A stretch of 64,000 nucleotides of DNA from Squalus acanthias. Taxonomy: Eukaryota. Positions 38,645-51,131 of this stretch are shown piece after piece (position 1 is the first letter of the stretch; each line of letters opens with the position of its first letter). A program made the translations under genes and the position numbers. The notes under the pieces were generated by a model. That model was not told where the DNA came from. It did no database searches and saw nothing but the letters and a program-made list of their open reading frames with translations. Location: positions 175,338,001 to 175,402,000 of the forward strand of contig CM059425.1 of NCBI GenBank assembly GCA_030390025.1. The letters are read 5' to 3'.

Positions 38645-39169
38645 GTAAAACTCTCATTACACCATTAGTTTTAAGAGGAACAGAGCAGAAATTTATCATT
38701 TTTAGTTAGGCAGTGCCAATGGCATAGCATGATACTACATCACCTTACTGCAGCATAAAATTAACAAAGTACTTCCCCCCCCCCCCCACCCCCCCCATAA
38801 CTTCATACATGATGAATTCATGATAATTCGCTGGGCATTCCTGCATAATGCTTTCCTAAAGGAAGAGGGGGAAAAAGTGAACAGCGCATGTCTACCTCTA
38901 TCAGCTGGTTCCGTTTGCCATTAGCAAAGGCTTATGAATAGATCATCATCTAATTGATTGACAAAGGGGCATGTAAATGACTTGACAAAATGGGGATGGG
39001 GTGTAAGCCAAATTTTCCAGAGGAAACAATTTCTCCCTACTTGCTCTATCAAAACCTCTCATAATAATTTTGAATACCTCAATTAGGTTTCAAACACTGC
39101 TGAATGAAATTATGTATCCTGGATGTTATATTAAACCTTTTTTGGTATGGGGACAATATGTTTATAGTG

Positions 39170-39960
39170 CAGACACATGACAGATGTAATTTAATGCAGA
39201 TGAGTGTGAAGTGGTGCACTTTGGGAGAAAAAACATGGAGAGGCAGTATAATCTAAATGGTACTATTTTGAGGGGGTGCAAGAGCAGAGGGACCTGGGGG
39301 TGCATATTCATAAATCCTTGAAGGTGGAAGGGCAAGTTGATAAGGCAGGTAAGAAAGCATATGGGATACTTGGCTTTTTAAATAAGGGCATTGAATACAA
39401 AAACAAGGAAGTCATGCTAAACCTTTACAAATCACTGGTTAGGCCTCAGCTGGAGTATTGTGTACAATTCTGGACACCACACTTTAGGAAGGATGTCAAG
39501 GCCTTGGAGAGGGTACAGAGGAGGTTTACCAGGATGATACCAGGGATGAGGGAGTTCAGTTATGTGGTGAGAGTGGAGAAGCTGGGATAGTTCTGTTCAG
39601 AGCAGAGAAGGTTAAGGGGAGACCTAATTGAGGTATTCAAAATTATGAGGGGTTTTGATAGAGCAAGTCGGGAGAAATTGTTTCCTCTGGAAAGTGTATC
39701 GGTAACCAGAGGTCATAGATTTAAAATAATTGGCAAAAGAACTAGAGGGGAAATTAGGAGAATTTTTTTCACAGTTGTTATGATTTGAAAGTGTGGTGGA
39801 ATCAGATTCCATAGGAACTTTCGAAAGGCAATTGGACATTTATTTTAAGAGACCTAATTTGCAGGGTTATGGCGTAAAAGCTGGGGTGTCGGACTAAATT
39901 GGACAGCTCTTTCAAAGAGCCAGCACAGGCATCGATGGGCTGAATGTGCTGCAAGATTCT
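39170..39960 (+). mobile_element. CR1 3' fragment
   Basis: ORF 39276..39590 (LYKSLVRPQLEYCVQFW) plus 3' tail. Confidence 0.88.
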
Positions 39961-40131
39961 GATTCCAACACTCCTGTGAAGCACCTTGGAATGTTTTACT
40001 ATGTTAAAGGCACTACATAAATGCAAGTTATTGTAGTTTGGTATCAATGACCTCTGTGTTTCATTAATTGTTCCATAATCCTTTAACCGGCTAATTCATA
40101 ATAGTTAGATTTTGTCTTTTTTCTTCTGCAG

Positions 40132-40272
40132 TCGAATTGAACATTTAAAATCACAAAATGACCTTTTAACTATAACGCTGGAAGAGTGCAAAAGCAATGC
40201 TGAAAGAATGACTATGCTGGTTGGTAAATATGAGTCCAATAGCACAGCATTAAGACTCGCACTACAATACAG
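40132..40272 (+). CDS. MCC: MCC exon F (141 nt)
   Basis: Acceptor ttctgcAG; encodes (S)RIEHLKSQNDLLTITLEECKSNAERMTMLVGKYESNSTALRLALQY(S); donor GTaagt. Confidence 0.95.
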
Positions 40273-40577
40273 GTAAGTGCAGCAAATACTGAAACTCGTT
40301 TTACTAACGCTTTTAGCTTCAGTAATGTTTCCAATTTTGTTTTTAATTGTGCATTTGAAGCTATGGTTACTTCCTTCCCTCCCCACTCTAGCTCTTGTGG
40401 TGCATATCCTAAGGTAGTACGACGAACAATCAGAAGGACTGCAGACTTCTGCAGTTAATACTGCCACTGTCACTTTGTGTATAATATGTGGCAAATCTGA
40501 AATGTCATTTAATGTTATAGGAATCTTTAAACTATATATTCTTTTAGTGCTGACTTGGTTTATCTGTATTAAGAAAC

Positions 40578-40829
40578 TCTTAATAAAAGTGGAGGAGAAG
40601 CATCCGGGAAGGCGCCGAACACCTCGAGTCTCTTCGCCGGGAGCAAGCGGAAGCCAAGCGGAAGGAGCGCACGTCAACCCAAGCACCCCACCCACCCACC
40701 CCTTCAACCACCGTCTGCCCCACCTGAGACTGTAGGTCCCGTGTTGGACTCATCAGTCACCTGAGAAATCATTTTTAGTGTGGAAGCAAGTCATCCTTGG
40801 TTCCGAGGGACTGCCTAAGAAGAAGAAGA
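40578..40829 (+). mobile_element. RTE-clade LINE 3' end
   Basis: Decayed C-terminal CPT..C...GLISHLRNH motif, (aag)n tail, and 10-bp duplication attaagaaac at 40568 and 40830. Confidence 0.7.
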
Positions 40830-40867
40830 ATTAAGAAACAATCCAAATTCTCATATCTCGAGATTAA

Positions 40868-43135
40868 CATAGAAACATAGAAAATAGGTGCAGGAGTAGA
40901 CCATTCGGTCCTTCGAGCCTGCACCGCCATTCAATGCGTTCATGGCTGAACATGCTACCTCAGTACCCCATTCCTGCTTTCTCGCCATACCCCTTGATCC
41001 CCCTAGTTGTGAGTATTATATCTAACTCCCTTTTTAATATATTTAGCGAACTGGCCTCAACAACCTTCTGTGGTAGAGAATTCCACAGATTCACCACTCT
41101 CTGGGTGAAGAAGTTCCTCCTCATCTCAGTCTTAAATGGCTTCCCCTTTATCCTTAGACTGTGACCCCTGGTTTTAGTTTTCCCTAACATTGGAAACATT
41201 CTGCCCGCATCTAATTTGTCTAAACCAGTCAGGATTTTAAACGTCTCTATAAGATCCCCCCCTCATTCTTCTGAACTCCAGAGGATACAAGTTCAGTTGA
41301 TCCAGTCTTTCTTGATATGTCAGTCTGGCCATCCCAGGAATCAATCTAGTGAACCTTCGTTGCACTCCCTCAATAGCAAGAATGTCCTTCCTCAAGTTAG
41401 GAGACCAAAACTGCACACAATACTCCAGGTGTGGCCTCACCAAGGCCCTGTACAACTGTAGCATCACCTCCCTACTCCTGTACTCAAATCCCCTTGCTAT
41501 GAAGGCCATCATGCCATTTGCTTTCTTGACTGCCTGCTGCACTTGCCTTCCCACCTTCAGTGACTGATGTACCATGACGCCCAGGTCTCGTTGCACCTCC
41601 CCTTTCCCTAATCTGCCACCATTCAGGTAATAGTCTGCCTCCCTATTTTTACCACCAAAGTGGATAACCTCACATTTATCCACATTGTACTTCATCTGCC
41701 ATACATTTGCCCATTCACCCAACCTGTCCAAGTCACTCTGTAGCCTCCTAGCATCCTCCTCATTGTTCACACTGCCTCCCAATTTAGTGTCATCCGCAAA
41801 TTTGGAGATATTACAATTAATCCCTTCGTCCAAATCATTAATATATAATGTAAACAGCTGGGGCCCCAGCACCGAACCCTGCGGTACCCCGCTGGTCACT
41901 GCCTGCCATTCTGAAAAGTACCCATTTACTCCTACTCTTTGTTTCCTGTGTGCCAACCAGTTCTCAATCCACGTCAACACATTACCCCCAATCCCATGTG
42001 CTTTAACTTTGCACACCAATCTCTTGTGTGGGACCTTGTCGAAGGCCTTCTGAAAGTCCAAATACACCACATCTACTGGTTCCCCCCCATCCACCCAATT
42101 GGAAACATCCTCAAAAATTCCAGAAGATTTGTCAAGCATGATTTCCCTTTCACAAATCCATGCTGACTTGGACCTATCATGTCGCCACTTTCCAAATGGT
42201 CTGTTATGACATCTTTAATAATTGATTCCATCATTTTACCCACGACCGATGTCAGGCTGACCGGTCTATAATTCCCTGCTTTCTCCCTCCCTCCTTTTTT
42301 AAAAAGAGGGGTTACATTAGCCACCCTCCACTCCTTCGGAACTGATCCAGAGTCTAAGGAATGTTGGAAAATGATCGTCAATGCATCCACTATTTCCAAG
42401 GCCACCTCCTTAAGTACTCTGGGATGCAGACCATCAGGCCCTGGGGATTTATCAGCCTTCAGTCCCATCAATTTCCCCAACACCTTTTCCCGACTGATAA
42501 GGATTTCCCTCAGCTCCTCCCTCTTACCAGATCCTTTGATCTCTTTTATTTCCGGAAGGTTGTTTGTGTCCTCCACAGTAAACACCGAACCAAAGTACTT
42601 GTTCAATTGATCTGCCATTTCTTTGTTACCCATTATGACTGCCCCTGTTTCTGACTGCAGGGGACCTACGTTTGTTTTTACTAACCTCTTTCTTTTTACA
42701 TATTTATAGAAGCTTTTGCAGTCCGTTTTAATGTTCTCCGCAAGCTTCCTTTCATATTTTATTTTCCCTGCCCTAATCAAACCCTTCGTCCTCCTCTGCT
42801 GAGTTTTAAAGTTCTCCCAGTCCCCGGGTTTGCTGCTACTTCTGGCCAATTTGTATGCCACTTCCTTGCTTTTAATACTATCCCTGATTTCCCTTGTTAG
42901 CCATGGTTGAGCCACCTTTCCTTTTTTATTTTTACGCCAGACAGGGATGTACAATTGCTGTAGTTCATCCATGCGATCTCTAAATGTCTGCCATTGCCCT
43001 TCCACTGATAACCCCTTAAATATCGCTTGCCAATCTAACCTCACCAATTCACGCCTCATACCCTCAAAGTTGCCCTTATTTAAGTTCTGGACCATGGTCT
43101 CTGAATTAACTGTTTCCTTCTCCATCCTAATGTAG
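40868..43135 (-). mobile_element. Young 5'-truncated CR1
   Basis: ORFs 42073..43188, 41237..42139 and 40960..41199 form a frameshifted ORF2; (acatagaa)n tail. Confidence 0.95.
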
Positions 43136-44640
43136 AACTCGATGGGCCGAACGGCCTCCTTCTGTGCCGTTATGACTCTATAACTCAAAGGCTTTAAAGA
43201 GTTGAGGGGGATAAGGAGGGAAAATCCACCATGGTCACAGTCACAGAGAATGTCATTTGTGACTTTGATTTAGGGCTGTTTCAGTACTGTAGCAGGGCAG
43301 GAAACCTGATTGGAAAGATTCAGACATGGAGTTCTGGGAAAGATGGGCATGGATTTGAGGGGCAACAACATGAACTTAAGAGAAAAAGGAGTTTGGAGGA
43401 GGGCAGTAGTGTGCAAGGACGGGTTCGAGGGTAGGTTTTTTGAGGAGGGGCATAATGAAGGTTGTTTTGAAAAGGAGGGCGACAGTACCTTAGAAAAGAG
43501 AACCATTTACAGTATCGGCTAGCACGGGGTCAGGAAAGCAGTTTAATGGGAATGGGAGTCAAAGGAACAGGTAGTCCCATGGAGGAGATGATGAGATCAG
43601 AGAGAGGAGATAGAAAAGGATGCAGGATCAGGACTATGGCAGGGTGAAGTTTAGTTGGAGGTTTGGCTTTGTGGGCAAAAAGGCGGTGGGGGAGCAGAGG
43701 CATCTGCACGAATGTTCTCAATCTTGGTGACAAAGTAGTGCATAAGCTCCTCACACTTGTTGGAGGCTAGGGTGGAGGGGGCAGGAGAGAGGGGTTTAAA
43801 GAGACTGGTGGTATTGGAGAAAAGAAGTCAAGGGTTATCTTTGCTTTGATCCTGGAGTAGTGTGCATTTTGGCAGAGGAGCCTGAGGCCCGATAGTGCTT
43901 GATGTGGTCTAGCCAGATCTAGTGATGGATAGCTAAACAAGTTGTGTGGCAGATACGCTCAAGTCTGTACCTCTTGGACGTGAAGATGTGGGCAGTACGA
44001 GGTGGAAGGACGAGGATGGGAGAGAGTAAAGGTTTTACTGGGGATAAGGGCATCAAAGATGGAGGTGACGGGAGTGGTTGAGCAGATCAACAGCTGCAGA
44101 AGTATTGTGATGAAGCGAAGACCAACGGCTAGGCAGTTGGGAGTTTGAAAGTCCAGCTGTAAGTGACTTGCAAGAGAAATTTTTCCAGGGCGGACACTGA
44201 AGGAAATGGGGTTGGAAGGGTGCAGGGGAATTGAGTGGTAAGAGTTACAAGGAAGTGGTTGGAGATGGTCTTGTCTGTGATCAAGACAGTGAGGCCATAA
44301 GATATGGCAAGGTCAAAGCGGTAGCTATGAATATTGGTATGAGAGTTTATATGAAGGGAGAGGTTTTAGGAGGGCAACAAAATCAGAGGAGCGAGGGCAA
44401 GGCAAGTTGAGGTCAAGATTGAAATCACCGAGGATGAGGAGTTGCCCAGTGCAGAGGCTGAGGAAAGATATCTTGAGAAGAAATTCGGGATGGAGCTGGG
44501 AGGCACTGTAGACAATGAGGATTGTAAAGAAGAGACAAGAGATGTGAGACAAGGTAAGATACCAGAGGAGTAGGGGGAGAGACCAAGGTATGATTTGGTG
44601 ATCAGGGTATAACCACTGCTCTGGCAGTTTGAGCGGGATA

Positions 44641-44700
44641 GGTGGTGGAAAGTATAGCCAGGTGGTGGAAAGTATAGCCAGGTGGTGGAAAGTATAGCCA
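44641..44700. repeat. 20-bp tandem triplication
   Basis: ggtggtggaaagtatagcca three times, perfect. Confidence 0.95.
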
Positions 44701-45280
44701 GACGGATCGGCTTCAGTAAGGGGCAAGGTGTCATCACTTGTGAGGCAAGTTTCAGTCAAAGCAATAACAAATCGTTGATGTAAGGGCCTTGCTCGTGAGT
44801 GGACGGGTATGCTGGAGGGAAATGCAGGTAAGGGGCGATGATTGTTGATCTGCTGGCAGAGTCAAGGGGGGTTAGCTGCGAGCAGTGAGCAAGACGGGAG
44901 GCAGTGGGAAGATCAGAAGAATGGGGCAGTTGGGGTTGCTCTTTGGAAGGAGGCAGTGACGAGTGCCTTGCTGAGCCCTTGGAAAATTAGGAGCTGGCAT
45001 AGAGGGTAGCTGTGGGTTTATCCAAGGGGGATTTAAACCTGGGATGGTGGCAGGTGAATAGGAAGGCAGAGGGATAGTGATAGGTTGCGGTAGGGATTGG
45101 GGAGCAAAGTACCCGAGAGGGGAGAAATGAAAGATTTCAAGACTGGGTGACTGGAAGAGGAGGATACAGGAGAGAAGAAGAGAAGGAGCCACGAGAACAA
45201 AAAAGACGGTAGAAATAACGGGCTCCGGTCCAGAGTGGAAGCCAATATGTGTACATGAATGGACACAAATTAGAAGAGAC

Positions 45281-46691
45281 CTCTTTTTCTGGTACATTGA
45301 TGACTGTATTGGTGCTGTTTCCTGCTCTCGCCCTGAAGTAGAAAATTTCATTCACTTTGCTTCCAATTTCCACCCTTCCCTCACCTTCACATGGTCCATC
45401 TCCGACTCTTCCCCTCCCTTCCTCAACTTCTCTGTCTCCATTTCTGGGGATAGGCTATCGACAAACATCCACTATAAGCCCATTGACTCCCACAGCTACC
45501 TGGTCTACACTTCCTCCCACCCCACTTCCTGCAAGGACTCTCTTCCATTCTCCCAGTTTCTCCGTCTCCGCTGCATCTGTTCTGACGATGCCACCTTCCA
45601 CACTAGTGCATCCAATATTTCTTCCTTTTCCCTCAACCGAGGATTCCTCTCTACCGTGGTTGACATGGCCCTCGACCGTGTCCGTTCCATTTCCAGCACT
45701 ACTTCTCTCACCCCTTCCCCTCCCTCCCAGAACCACGATATGGTTCCCCTTGTCCTCACCTTTCACCCCACCAGCCTCCACATTCAACGGATCATCCTCC
45801 ACCATTTCCACCACCTCCAGCGTGATCCCACCCCCCCCCCCCTTTCAGCATTCCGAAGGGACCCTTCCCTCCGCAACACCCTGGTCCACTTCTCTATCAC
45901 CCCTTCCCACGGCACCTTCCCGTGCAAGCGCAGGAGATGCAACACCTGCCCTTTTACCTCCTCCCTTCCCACTGTCCAGGGCCCCAACACTCCTTCCAGG
46001 TGAAACAGCGATTTACTTGTACTACTTGCAATTTAGTATACTGTATTCGCTGCTCACGATGCGGTCTCCTCTACATTGAGGAGACCAAACGCAGATTGAG
46101 TGACCCCTTTGCGGAACACCTCCGTTCAGTACGTAAGCGTGACCCCGAGCTTCTGCTCCTCTGTCACTTTAATTCTCTGCTCCACTCCCACTCTGATCGC
46201 TCCCTCCTCGGCCTCTTGCACTGTTCCAACGAATCTCAACGTAAGCTCGAGGAACAGCACTTCATCTTTCGATTAGGCACTTTACAGCCTTCTGGACTCA
46301 ACATAGAGTTCAACAATTTCAGACTATAACCTCGGCCCCTATGTTTTCTTTTTTCTCTCATATGGCCGCTGTTGATGATTCTGCCATTGCCATTTACACC
46401 TCATCTAGAGTCATCTTTTGTTTCTTAACTTGCCCCATTACCATCTCCTTTTGCCTTGCACCATCATCCCTTTTGTCTTTTAATCTCTCCTGCCTTCCAT
46501 CCTATCACAGACCTTCCCTTTGTTCTTTCCTCCCCTCCTCCCTTTCCCTGCCCCTACACTTGCTTCAAAATCTATTACTTCTCTAACTTTTTCCAGTTCT
46601 GACGAAGGGTCATCGACCTGAAACGTTAACCCTCTTTCTCTCTCCACGATGCTGCCTGACCTGCTGAGTGTTTCCAGCATTTTCTGTTGTT
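45281..46691 (+). mobile_element. 5'-truncated Penelope-like element (RT C-terminus, GIY-YIG endonuclease, pseudo-LTR)
   Basis: YIDD codons near 45294; NLVYCIRCSRCGLLYIEETKRRL in ORF 45922..46329; 11-bp TSD ttagaagagac at 45270 and 46692. Confidence 0.9.
46595..46630 (+). ncRNA. Minimal hammerhead ribozyme motif in PLE pseudo-LTR
   Basis: AGUU-CUGACGA-A-GGGUC-auc-GACCU-GAAA-CGUU-AAC. Confidence 0.68.
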
Positions 46692-47884
46692 TTAGAAGAG
46701 ACATGTCCTGGTGTAAACATAGAACAAGGAGGAGACTGTATGAGAGTTAAAGTCTGAGGTCCAATGGTGAGATGAAGTTGACTTCTGGACAGGGTAGAAT
46801 CACCTTGGAGCATCGACGAACCAGTGTTCAGATTTGGAGACAGTTGTGGGGCAGGAGTGAATGCAGGATATGTTTGAGGAGCAGAGTATAGGGGGCCATG
46901 TTGCTGAAGGTTGTGTAGTGGAAACAAAGGTGAAGGAGGAGTGGAGAGTTGACCATGTGCCAGCAGAGGTTGATTCAGGGGTCCAGTAGAAGCGAGTCGT
47001 AGCCTCCGATGTTATCAGTGTGCACTGATGCAGTAAACCAGAAGAGGAGCCAGGAGATGGAGAAAGGTATATCCACAGGATGATTGCAGATGAGAAAGCA
47101 AGTTTGAGGAGCAGCGGTAGGGAGGTGAGGAGCACACAAGATCAAGAGTAGCATCAGGAGCTTGAGCAGCTGGTCTTACCTCAGTTCAGTAAAGGGTGAC
47201 GGAGGAGTTCTGAAGGATAAGTGAAGTCAGCAGCCACAGGAAGAAAGCGGAAAGTAGTAAAGCAGAGATCATTCAGCAACAAGGAAGCAGTAGGAACACA
47301 TCAAACCTAGCTTAGTGTAGAGTAAAAAGTTCTCAGCGGAGGAGCAGGAACTGTGCCCATAGAAGCAGACTGGAATACCGGCAGTCCAACATGGGAAAAA
47401 AACAGTCTCAGTAGAAAGTGGCGACAAAGGTGGAGGGCACAGTCAAACAGAGTAGCCTGTGGAAAAATGGACTTCAGCCCAGGTGAAGGAGGATTTCTGT
47501 CCAGGACCCAACACCGCAACAGAGTAGAGCTGAGAAGACAATATTCCATTGAATTCCAACATTGCACCACCTATCTGACCTTCCTCTCTATCTTTTTCAC
47601 CTGTACCAACCTTTATCTTCCACCTTCCTATAGTACCCGAGTCCTACTTATTTTTAAGGGATGTGGATGCATTTTAGGACTAATAGTAACTGGAGATGAG
47701 AGAACCAGCTTTATTTAGAAACTTGGTTTGATTAGAACTGCAAGGCTTTGAGCTTGGAATCAAATCAGAGGCACCAAAATTAATATTGATCAGTGGAAGT
47801 GTGGCTTATCTCCCAGTTCCCACTTCCATTTTAGGTTTCTTAGAAAAGAGGGAATCCTGCCATTTCACCTCAGATCTGAATACT

Positions 47885-50680
47885 GGGTACGGTAGCATAG
47901 TGGTTATGTTACTGGACTACTAAACCAGAGTCCTGGACTAATGATCCGGAGACACAAGTTCAAATCCCATCACAGGAATTAAATAAATCAAATAAAAAGC
48001 TAGAATCAGTAATGGAACTACTGGATTGTTGTAAAAACCCATCTGGTCTGGCCTATCTCTGACTCCAGACCTACTCTTAACTGCCCTCTGAAATGGCCTA
48101 GAAAGCCACTCAGTTGTACCAAACCGCTACGAAAAAACTATAAAATCAGAGGGACCACCTGGTGGTCAAAGGCCAAAGGTACAACCAGCTCAGTCAACCC
48201 TCCAAATCCTCCTCGTTAACATCTGGGAATTTGTGGATTTGTGCCAAGATTAGGAGAGCTGTCCCACGGACTGGTCAAGCAACAGCCTGACATAGTCATA
48301 CTTTCAGCCAGAGTCCTCCCTCTGATCAGAGGTTGCGGCACAGTCGGGGAGGAGTGGCCCTGGGAGTCCTCAACATTGACTCCGGACACCATGTCTCATG
48401 GCATCAGGTCAAATATGGGCAAGGATTACCACCTACCACCCTCCCTCAGCTGATCGGTGGTACTCTTGTTGAACTTGGAAGATTCACTGAGGGCAGTAAG
48501 GGCAAGAGTGACTCGGTAGCACCAGTACTGACAAGCTGGCCAAGTCCTGAAGGACAATGCTGCCAGACTGGGCCTGAGGCAGGTGGTGAGAGAACCGACA
48601 CAAGGAAAAACCGACTTGACCTTGTCCTCACTAATCTAACTGTCACAGATGCATCTGTCCACGAGTGACCACCGCACAGTTCTTGTGGAGACGTAGTCCT
48701 GTCTTCACACTGAGAAACCCTCCACCGTGCTAAATGGGATAGTTTCAGAACAGATCTAGCAGCTCAAAACTGGGCATCAATGAGGCACTGCAGCAGCAGA
48801 ATTGTATTCCTTAACCTCATGGCCCAGTATATTCCTCAATCTACCGTTACCATCAAGCCAGGGGACCAACCCTGGTTCAATGAGGAGTGTAGAAGAGCAT
48901 GCCAGGAGCAACACCTTAAAAATGAGGTGCCAACCTGGTGAAGCTACAACACAGCATGCTAAACAGCGGAAGCAGCATATTAAGCGATCCACAACCAACG
49001 GATCAGATCAATGCTCTGCAGTCCTGCCACATCCAGTCATGAATGGTGGTGGACAATTAAAACAACGAATGGGAGGAGGAGGCTCCATGAACATCCTCTC
49101 CTCAATGATGGCGGAGCCCAGCACTTGAGTGCAAAAGACAAGGCTGAAGCGTTTGCAACCATCTTCAGCCAGTAGTGCGAGTGGATGATCCATCTCTGCC
49201 TCTTCCTGAGGTCCCCACTATCACAGAAGCCAGTCTTCAGCCAATTCCATTCACTCCGTGATATTAAGAAACGCCTCTAGCTAAGCTGTTCCAGTACAGC
49301 TTCAAGACTGGTATCTACCCGACAGAGTGGAAAATTGCCCCGGTATGTCCTGTCCACAAAAAGCAGGACAAATCCAATCCGGCCAATTACCGCCCCATCA
49401 GCCTTCAGCAAAGTGATGGAAGGGGTCGTCGACAGTGCTATCAAGCAGCACTTATTAACCAATAACTCAGTTTGGGTTCCGCCAGAACCATTCGGCTGCA
49501 GACCTCATCACAGCCTTGGTTCAAACATGGACAAAGGAGCTGAATTCCAGAGGTGAGATGAGAGTGACTGCCCTAGAAATCAAGGCAGCATTTGACTGAG
49601 TGTGGCATCAAGGAGCCCCAGTAAAATTGAAGTCGATGGGAATCGGGGGGGGAGAATTCTCGACTGGCCTTAGTCATACCTAACACAAAGGAAGATGGTT
49701 GTTGGAGGCCAATCATTTCAGCCCAAGGACATCGCTACAGGAGTTCCTCAGGGCAGTGCGCCAGGCCCAGCCATCTTCAGCTGCTTCATCATTGACCTTC
49801 ACTCCGACACAAGGTCAGAAGTGGGGATGTTTGCTGATGATTGCCCAGTGTTCAGTTCCATTCACAACTCCTCAAATAATGAAGCAGTCCGTGCCCGCAT
49901 GCAGCAAGACCTGGAAAACATTCAGGCTTGGGCTGATAAGTGACGAGTACCATTCACGCCACACAAGTGCCAGGGAATGACCATCTCCAACAAGTGGCAT
50001 TACCATCGTTGAATCCTCCGCCATCAACATCCTGGGGGTCACCATTGACCAGAAACTTAACTGGACCAGCCACATAAATACTGCGGCTACAAGAGCAGGT
50101 CAGAGGCTGGGTATTCTGCGGCGAGCGATTCACCTCTTGACTCCCCAAAGCCTTTCCACCATCTACAAGGCACAGGTCAGGAGTGTGATGGAATACTCTC
50201 CACTTGCCTGGATGAGTGCAGCTCCAACAACACTCAAGAAGCTCGACACCATCCAGGATAAAGCAGCCCGCTTGATCGGCACCCCATCCACCACCTTAAA
50301 CATTCACTCCCTCCACCACCAGTGTACTGTGGCTGCAGTGTGTACCATCTACAAAATGCACTGCAGCAACTCCAAGGCTTCTTCGACAGCACCTCCGAAA
50401 CCCGCGACCTCTACCACCTAGAAGGGCAGCAAGTGTATGGGAAAACCATCACCTCCAAGTTCCACACCATCCTGACTTGGAAATATATTGCCGTTCCTTC
50501 ATTGTCGCTAGGTCAAAATCCTGGAACTCCTTACCTAACAGCACTGTGGGAGTACCTTCACCACACTGACTACAGCGGTTCAAGAAGGTGGCTCACCACC
50601 ACCTTTTCAAGGACAATTATGGATGGGCAATAAATGCTGGCCTTGCCAGTGATGCCCACATCCCGTGAATGATTAAAAGA
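47885..50680 (+). mobile_element. Decayed LINE (CR1-group RT) with a tRNA-like 5' head
   Basis: Box A TAGCATAGTGG (47893) and box B GTTCAAATCC (47958); GVPQGSAPGP..MFADD (49695..49943); IYKAQVRSVMEY; 3' tail gatgcccacatcccgtgaatga. Confidence 0.8.
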
Positions 50681-51030
50681 AACAAACCAAAATTGAATTG
50701 GCTCAGAGACTTAATAGTAGAATAAAATTTATTATAATGGTTTATCACTGAAGAAACTGAATGCTGCATTTATGCTAATAATGATGATCACATCAATATA
50801 CTTTATATTATGCATACTATGTTATCATGGCAAACATAATGCACAGCTCTTCTTTCTCCAAATAAGAAACGGCATACCAAACACCCACTTGTGAAGACCT
50901 TTCCTGTTGTAATTGTAAATAAATGTTTATGTTGCAGGATGTTACTCATTTACACAATACAATGCTATTACAATTTTCAGTCATGAAATATGATTGCTCA
51001 CATTTATACTCATTGTGTTTGTATCCCCAG

Positions 51031-51131
51031 TGAACAGTGCATAGAAGCTTATGAGTTACTACTGGCCCTGGCTGAGAGTGAACAAGGACTCATTCTGGGC
51101 CAATTCAGAGCTGCAGGTGTTGGATCTGTCG
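51031..51131 (+). CDS. MCC: MCC exon G (101 nt)
   Basis: Acceptor ccccAG; encodes (S)EQCIEAYELLLALAESEQGLILGQFRAAGVGSV(G); donor GTtggt. Phase 1 matches exon H. Confidence 0.9.

Larger units (their letters stand above)
43186..47520 (-). mobile_element. Decayed L2-like LINE split by a PLE insertion
   Basis: Endonuclease remnant TETCLT..SGYTFHH..ILGDFNL (44325..44759); pyrimidine-rich coding strand; 5' boundary uncertain. Confidence 0.6.

Noticed and set aside
45357..46079. 240-aa Ser/Pro-rich protein
   Set aside because: Alternative frame of decayed Penelope-like coding sequence.
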